28,727 bases of DNA from Chiloscyllium plagiosum (taxonomy: Eukaryota), in contig NC_057718.1 in the NCBI RefSeq assembly GCF_004010195.1, positions 28,518,377-28,547,103 of the forward strand. Reading direction: 5' to 3'. Below the pieces are notes generated by a model. That model made no database searches. It saw only the letters and a program-made list of their open reading frames with translations, and was not told the DNA's origin. This document shows positions 21,991 through 28,727 of the stretch, piece by piece. The position numbers and the translations under genes were made by a program. Within the stretch, counting starts at the first letter, position 1. Every line of letters begins with the position of its first letter.

Positions 21991-22651
21991 TATGCCAACT
22001 AATACTGTCTAACAATAGCTCACATCCATTATCACTGGATCAATATTCCGGAGTAATCCACCTGACATCATTGAGGGATTACTATCTTTATCTTTGTAGA
22101 CAGTCCCTCGGTATTAAGGAATTTCAAGGCGACTGACCTTTAGTTGAACAATTACAGAATAAAAGGACACAATCATTTTTACTGCATTAATGTCATATTA
22201 GTAATGTCAAGTTTCCTTCTCCTGAAGTGCTTACCTCTCAGTAAAGTGCTCTGAAACATTGCCTGCTCCAACTTTATAAAAGTTATCTAGCAATGAAATG
22301 AAAAATAATAGCCTTAAAGTTGTGACTCAGCGACGTATCTTGATTGAGTGAGTTTGGCAAGATAATGCAATCTATGGTCAGCCTTATCAGTATTTCTATA
22401 TAAACAGATATTTTCTGTTTTTGTGGACTCCCTCAATTACACACGCGTAAGAACATTTGAACATAGGAAGGTGTAGTAACTTGCCTGTAAATTACCAGGG
22501 TGGATAAATATTTTTGGGGCTTATTGTTTTCTGCTTTTCTGCTAGACAGTGCTGAGCTTGTCTCCAGTTGCCTACAGAGGATGAAACCACCTACAGTGAG
22601 CAGCATTGTTAAGGGTGCTTGGCAACTTCATCTTGCCTCCCAACAACATCC

Positions 22652-22711
22652 CACCTCCCCCCACCCCTCCCCCTCCCCCTCCACCCCCACCACCACCACC
22701 ACCACCACCAC
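22652..22711. repeat. C-rich low-complexity tract plus (CAC)n microsatellite
   Basis: Read directly from the sequence. It produces the poly-His/Thr/Trp artefact ORFs. Confidence 0.85.
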
Positions 22712-23194
22712 AGTATGTTCTTATCATTTAAGGTCCCATTGGATGATGCTATACTCTCAGTCCCACAGACTTTTTGCCTCATCACCAACACTTTTTACAC
22801 TTAGAGATGTACAGCATGGACACTGACCCTTTAGTCCAACTCGCCCGTGCCGACCAGAACATCCTGAACTAACTGAAAGCCATTTTGTTAGAGCCCTCAT
22901 GATTTTGTTCACAAAGGTGACCTGGATATTAATCTCTCCAGGACAACTCTCAAAGGTTGACACCCCCAACTATGAGAGGTTCTGAAGATCAGGTACAGAA
23001 TTTCCAGTTGATACTTGTTTATCTGCTGCACTAAAGGAAGTTAATGAGGTGAAGCAAAACTATTCCAATAACATGTTTTCAGCATTTAGTGTTCCTGGGT
23101 ACAGTTGCAAGTTTATAGTTTTAAAGCATATTAGGGCGTTTGATACCTTAGGGCTGAGAAGGAAAAACTATACATAACCAGTCATTACTGGCAG

Positions 23195-25035
23195 GCCTGC
23201 TCCTGCCCCACTGAATTCATCGCCACATACCTCGATACTGTCCTATCCCCCGTGGTCCAGGGACCCCACATACGTTCGTGCCCCCCACTTCCTCCAAGAC
23301 TTTCGCTTCCTTAGCCCCCAATGCCTCATCTTCAACATGGACATCCAGTTCCTATACACCTCCATCCGCCATGACCAGGGTCTCCAAGCCCTCTGTTTCT
23401 TTCTCTTCTGACATCCCCAGCAGTACCCAATGACACTTTCAGTCGTTTGGCTGAACTGGTTCTCACCCTCAATAATTTATCCTTTGAATCTTCCCACTTC
23501 CTCCAGATGAAAGGGGTAACCATGGGCATCGACATGGGCCCCAGCTATGCCTGTCTCTTTGTCGGTTACGTGATTACACTGGCACCGCCACCCCCCCACA
23601 CCCCCCACCTTTTCCTCTGCTACACTGATGACTGCATCGGTGCCACCTTGTACTCCTCCCACAATGAGGTTGAACAGTTCATCAACTTCATCAACACATT
23701 CCACCCCAACCTTAAATTCACTTGGACCATCTCAGACACCTCCCTTCCCTTCCTGGACCTCTCCATCCCCACCAACTGTGACCGACTCAACACTGACATC
23801 TTCTACAAACCCACCAACTCCCACAGCTACCTGGACTACACCTCCTCCCACCCTGCCTCCTGTAAAAATGCCATCCCTTATTCCCAATTCCTCCACTTCC
23901 TCCACATCTGCTCCCAGGAGGACCAGTTTCACCACAGAACACACCAGATGGCCTCCTTCTTTAAAGACCACAATTTCCCCTCCCATGTGGTTGATGATGC
24001 CCTCCAGTGCATCTGATCCACTTCCCGCACCTCTGCCCTTGAACCCCATCCCTCCAACCGCAACAAGGACAGAACCCCCCCGGTCCTCACCTTCCACTCC
24101 ACCAACCTCAGTATACATTGTATCATCCTCCGCCATTTCCGCCACCTACAAATAGACCCCACCACCAGAGATATATTTCCCTCTCCACCTCTATCTTTCC
24201 GTAGAGACTGTTCCCTCAGCGAGGCCATCGTCAGGTTGAGGCTCCCCCCCACAAACCAAGCTCCCCTCCTGGCACCTTCCCGTGCCACTCCAGGAATTGC
24301 AAAATCTGTGCCCACACCTCCCCCCTAACCTCCGTCCAAGGCCCCAAAGGATCCTTCCACATCCATCAAAGTTTCACCTGCACTTCCACACATGTCATTT
24401 ACTGTATCCATTGCTCCAGATGTGGTCTTCTCTACGTTGGGGAAACAGGACGCCTACTTGCAGAGCGCTTCAGACAACATCTCCGGGCCACCCGCACGAA
24501 CCAACCCCACCGCCTCGAGGCCGAACACTTCAACTCCACCTCCCACTCCGCCAAGGACATGCAGGTCCTGGGCTCCTCCATTGCCACTCCCTACCCACCC
24601 GCTGTCTGGAGGAAGAACACCTCATCTTCCGCCTCAGGACCCTCCAATCCCATGGTATCAATGTGGATTTCACTAGTTTCCTCATTTCCCCTCCCCCCAC
24701 CTAATCCCAGATCCGAACTTCCAACTCGGCACTGCCCTCATGACTTGTCCTACCTGTCCATCTTCCTTTTCACCTATTCCCCCCCACCATCCCCTCTGAC
24801 CTATCACCATTACCCCCACCTCCATCTACCTAGTGCACTCTCAGCTATCTTCTCCCCAGCTCCACCCTCCTCCCACTTATCTCTTCACCCCCTCGGCTCA
24901 CAGCCTCATTCCTGATGAAGGGCTTTTGCCTGAAATGTCGATTCTCCTGCTCCTTGGATGCTGCCTGACCTGTTGTGCTTTGCCCGCCCCACACTCTTTG
25001 CTCCAATCTCTAGCATCTGCAGTCCTCAGTTTCAC
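23195..25035 (+). mobile_element. Penelope-like element (Neptune-type), 5'-truncated: RT + Zn-linker + GIY-YIG + 3' pseudo-LTR
   Basis: RT: LQMKGVTMG..GPSYA..YTDD..LPFLD..YKPT..YLDYTSSHP. Then CHSRNCKIC and VIYCIHCSRCGLLYVGETGR..ERFRQH. Disrupted by stops and frameshifts. Confidence 0.9.
24908..24943 (+). ncRNA. Minimal hammerhead ribozyme motif (partly decayed)
   Basis: AUUC-CUGAUGA-A-GGGC-uuuu-GCCU-GAAAU-GUC^GAUU. Two CpG-type C>T changes relative to the 28513-28548 copy. Confidence 0.7.
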
Positions 25036-25199
25036 CGAGTTATTACTGATCCCTAATGAGAAATGTTAGTACATCATAACAATTAATAACCTCTCCTACG
25101 TTATCAGCTTAGTACAGGTTCAGTCATGAACAGACCAAGGAGGTGGGGAACTCCTGGTGCTCTGGCAACGAAACCCTAATGGTTCTGGAGCTACAGTTA

Positions 25200-25391
25200 G
25201 TTAGCAAGTTAAAGTGGTGAGATTGTGAGAGCAACCTATAAGCTGCATGTGAAACCATACTATAACGGCTTCTGGAGCTATAGGAAGAATATTAGAATTA
25301 AAAGACGCAGAAAACAGAAAGTCGTTACAATTAAAGTTAGCAAGTTAAAGTGGCGAGATTGTGAGAGCAACCTATAAACTGCATGTGAAAC
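25200..25391. repeat. 56-bp direct repeat (25200-25255 and 25336-25391)
   Basis: gttagcaagttaaagtggYgagattgtgagagcaacctataaRctgcatgtgaaac, with 2 mismatches. Confidence 0.9.
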
Positions 25392-26084
25392 TGGACATAC
25401 CTGTTTTTCAATCACAACAGCACAAACATTGAACATACCATGGTTGGTAGGGTGTGGTCCATAGCAACTGTTTCAGTGAGCCAGCTTCTCGTTGGGGGAA
25501 GGGCGATGAAAGGGACAATGATTATATGGAAAGAGCTTTTTTTTGTGAATACAGTATATTTTAGAAATTAAAAAAAGAAGACAGTCATTTCTTGATACAC
25601 ATTCAATTTTTATTACCTTTCCAAGACCACAGTAGCATTTACGCAACATGTAGTTTAAATTTTTCACACTTAGGTAAATAGATTGCTTTAATACATAAGC
25701 AGTAGGAATGCAGGCTTCATATTCATTGTTTCTTTTTGTTTACAAAAATAATTTTACTGAAACACTTTTTGTCAGCTCCATAGTGACTAAAGAAGAAGAT
25801 TTACCATGAGGCAGATCTTCCGGTTGCCATATATAAAGCTAATGTTGCAGGTCAGCCTTCTGTTATGGAAACCACCTAATTTCCATATAATTCAAATACA
25901 GTTCCCATATGGCAACTGATCGGTCCTTTACACCTAGGGTTACAGTCCATTCCAACTTAACTATACAGACCAAATTTGAGCTCGGAACATGATCTGTTTA
26001 AGCTGATCTTTGAGAGGCTATTACAGCAGTGCTTAATGGTTGTAAAATACTTCAGCATGGTAGATTGTGAAACTGCTAAAAGAA

Positions 26085-26420
26085 TGAACATAGATAATAA
26101 GAGCAGGAGTAGACCATTCGGCCCATTGAGCCTGTTCTGCCATTTAATAAAATCATGGCTCTTCTGATTATTCCCATCTGCACCTTCCCTATAACCTATT
26201 CTCCTCCTTGCTTATCAAGAATCTGTATAACACTACCTTAAAAATACTCCACTGCAAAGAGAGTTACAAAGATTCTTTGAGAAAAAAAATGCTTCTCAAC
26301 TCAGTCTTAAACAGACATCCCTTTTTAGATTCTCCCGAAAGAGGAGACACCCATTCCACATGTGTCATCAAAACCCTCCAAAAATTATAAGTTGCCTCAT
26401 AGTCTCCCATATTCTAATGG
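26085..26420 (-). mobile_element. CR1-type LINE 3' fragment
   Basis: Tail gagcaggagtagaccattcggcccattgagcctgttctgccattt, related to 1660-1720 and 11660. Confidence 0.6.
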
Positions 26421-27658
26421 ATGCAAGTGGTTACGCACTATTTCGTGCTAAGACGACCTGCAAGAGAACACAAGTCTTTTGATTAGTAGAGACGCGAACA
26501 TGAATTTTATTATCTGAGTACATCTTCTATGTTTCTATGTTTAAGAGACAGGAAGATGCAGGAACAAAGGCAGCTGTGTAGCAGCTCTTGAGGGAAATCA
26601 TAAGGCACATTTTGCTGGTGCGGGGTTGGGGCAAGACTGAAGAGATTTGAGTAGCAGGAGGTGGAGCAATGGAAGGTGGGTGCTGGTATGTCCGGTGGAG
26701 CACTGTGCATGGTTCATCCATGAATCACATACCCCCCCATCCTGCCCAGCCAACATCAAGGCTCCTCAAAACATCCTTCCCTGATACAAGCCTCCCTTCC
26801 TGCTACTAAGGCCTGCCTGGACCTTCCTCTCTCTTCTCTTCCACTTCCTTCCACTCCAGTCTCCTCACACCAGCTGGAAATGTCCCTGCTCTTCATGCTG
26901 GTCCCAAACTGCCTCCTCACTCACACCTGAGAGGCTGTGCCAAACCAAGTTTCACTGCATCACCCACTGACACTGGTCCAGACCTTCGTCACCAAGACAA
27001 GCTGAGATTCCTATCTCTCCAGGACAGCCCAATCCCCAACCATGCCCCTGTCAGGCCAGGAGGAGAGTGGTGCCAGCCCCCACAGCATTGTTGATCCATT
27101 ATGGCTGAACTGCTCATGTGCAGCGTCGTAGCTCAGGACTGGGGCCTTGTTGAGTGCACAACATGGGCAGACAGTATATGACAAGGTACAAACAATTCCA
27201 GACAAACGCTGTCCCAGGAAGCTGACATGTGGGACAGGAGGGCAAATATGTGGACAGTCCCTAAAAATCCAGAACAGTGGGTCAGCCTGGGCAGGGAGGT
27301 CTGGCAAATACAAAGTCTGTGTAGGGGGAAGGGGTGTTTTGGTGTCAGTTTCCGAGTTCTGATCTCAATGAAGAGCAGCATGGGGGAGAGTGTGGGACCT
27401 TTCTGCCTGCCAAAGCTGTACGATTGGTTCTCAGGTAACTGTACCATTTGGAGCTGGCAACAAATTACAGAGATATATAGAGAGGGAGAGAAAAAAGTAT
27501 ACAGTTCTTCAGTGGCTCAGGAATGGTTCGTCTATTTTCTGCAATTACTGCCAGCCTGAAAAAAGAAGTTTATCTTTGCTGCAACAGTTGTAAGCAGTGA
27601 TTTTCAAGTTAGCGAAGTCTAGTAAGTGATTTGGCCACTTTGTGTATCTTACCAGCCA

Positions 27659-27993
27659 GGGTGGCATGGTGGCTCAGTGGTTAGCACTGCTGCCTCACAG
27701 TGCCAGGGACGTGAGTTCAATTCCAGCCTCAGGTGTATATCTGCATGGGGTTTGCACATTCTCACTGTGTGTGTGTGGGTTTCATTTGAGTGCTCTGGTT
27801 TCCTCCCACAGTCCAAGGTTGTGCAGGTTAGGTGGATTGGCCATGCTAAATTGCCCTGTAGTATCCTGGGATGTGTTGGCTAGTTGGATTGGACATAGGA
27901 AATGTAGGATCACAGGGATAGAGAAGGGTGTGGGTCTGGGTGGGATGCTCTTCAGAGTGTCAGTATGGACCCACACTGTAGGGATTCTATGGT
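27659..27993 (+). mobile_element. HE1-related V-SINE (older subfamily)
   Basis: tRNA head and V-domain similar to 441-770, with a different 3' part. Confidence 0.85.
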
Positions 27994-28067
27994 TCAATGG
28001 AAGCAACTGGAGAAAGATGACTTAAGGAATGTGCTAGCTAGCAGAGGGGTTATTTCATACAACCACT

Positions 28068-28281
28068 ACAGTGTGGAAGCAGGCCATTTGGCCCAACAAG
28101 TCCACACTGACCGTCTGAAGAGTAACCCAATCAGACCCATTCCCCTACTCTATTACTCTCTATTTACCCCTGACTAATGCACCTAACCTACAAACTTCAC
28201 ACAGACAACACCCGAGGCAGGAATTGAACCTGGGTCCCTGGCGCTGTGAGGCAGCGGTGCTAACCACTGAGCCACGGTGCC
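28068..28281 (-). mobile_element. HE1-type V-SINE with internal deletion
   Basis: Head and tail match the other copies; most of the V-domain is missing. Confidence 0.8.
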
Positions 28282-28417
28282 ACTCACATGTTCCTCATTT
28301 CAACAAAAGAAGTTGGGAGCAAAGTTGGGAGCTGTCTTTCCTGTTTTCCCCCTCTGTCCATAACTTATTTTACCCTTTGGGTATAGCAAAAATTGATTTC
28401 CAGTGCATTACCCCAGT

Positions 28418-28727
28418 GAGGAGAAAGTGAGGTCTGCAGATGCTGGAGATCAAAGTTGAAACTTTATTGCTGGAACAGCACAGCAGGTCAGGCAGCATCC
28501 AGGGAACAGGAGATTCGACGTTTCGGGCACAGGCCCTTCTTCAGGAATGAGCAGAGAGTGTTCAGCAGGAGAAGATAAAAGGTAGGGAGGAGGGACTTGG
28601 AGGAGGGGAGTTGGAAATGTGATAGGTGGAAAGAGGTCAAGGTGAGGGTGATAGGTCGGAGTAGGATGGAGGCGGAGAGGTCAAGAAGAAGACTGCAGGT
28701 CAGGAAGGCGGTGCCGGGCCGGAAGGA
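28418..28727 (-). mobile_element. Penelope-like (Neptune-type) element 3' end, young-looking; continues beyond the window
   Basis: Reverse-complement homologue of 24700-25035 with CpGs retained. Confidence 0.8.
28513..28548 (-). ncRNA. Intact minimal type I hammerhead ribozyme motif
   Basis: AUUC-CUGAAGA-A-GGGC-cugu-GCCC-GAA-ACGU-C^GAAU. All core nucleotides are present, stem I is AUUC/GAAU, stem II is GGGC/GCCC, and stem III is the palindrome ACGU. Predicted cleavage is between 28517 and 28516. Confidence 0.85.

Noticed and set aside
22500..22826. Poly-His/Thr/Trp ORFs
   Set aside because: They are translations of a (CAC)n microsatellite and C-rich tract.
23628..24155. Pro/Ser/Thr-rich mucin-like ORF
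   Set aside because: It is an alternative frame of the C-rich Penelope RT.
27011..27593. Overlapping 70-110 aa ORFs and a possible hAT-like terminus at ~27225-27290
   Set aside because: No recognisable domain or exon chain, and no partner TIR or TSD could be identified.

Overview
Eukaryotic (vertebrate) genomic DNA, almost certainly from a shark or other elasmobranch. This is inferred from multiple HE1/V-SINE copies and the typical cartilaginous-fish CR1, Penelope and Tx1 repeats. The only real protein-coding gene is a complete 9-exon EPCAM/TACSTD-family gene on the minus strand (ATG 16445 to stop 8019). I spliced it by hand: all introns are GT-AG and the CDS is 972 nt, giving 323 aa. It has a TATA+CRE promoter near 16.73 kb, a CTCF-like site in intron 1 and a poly(A) signal at 7604-7609. 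The rest is repeat-rich: a 39-bp VNTR split by a young SINE; a decayed Gypsy-type pol with integrase upstream of RT (Gmr1-like order); a cluster of LTR-like fragments, three carrying the same ~210-bp insert and one with a micro-inversion; at least three families of Penelope-like elements carrying minimal hammerhead ribozyme motifs (one with an intact core); and Tx1, CR1/L2 and SINE remnants. Almost all ORFs in the supplied track are spurious or repeat-derived. Repeat family names come from recalled consensus features, not from database searches.
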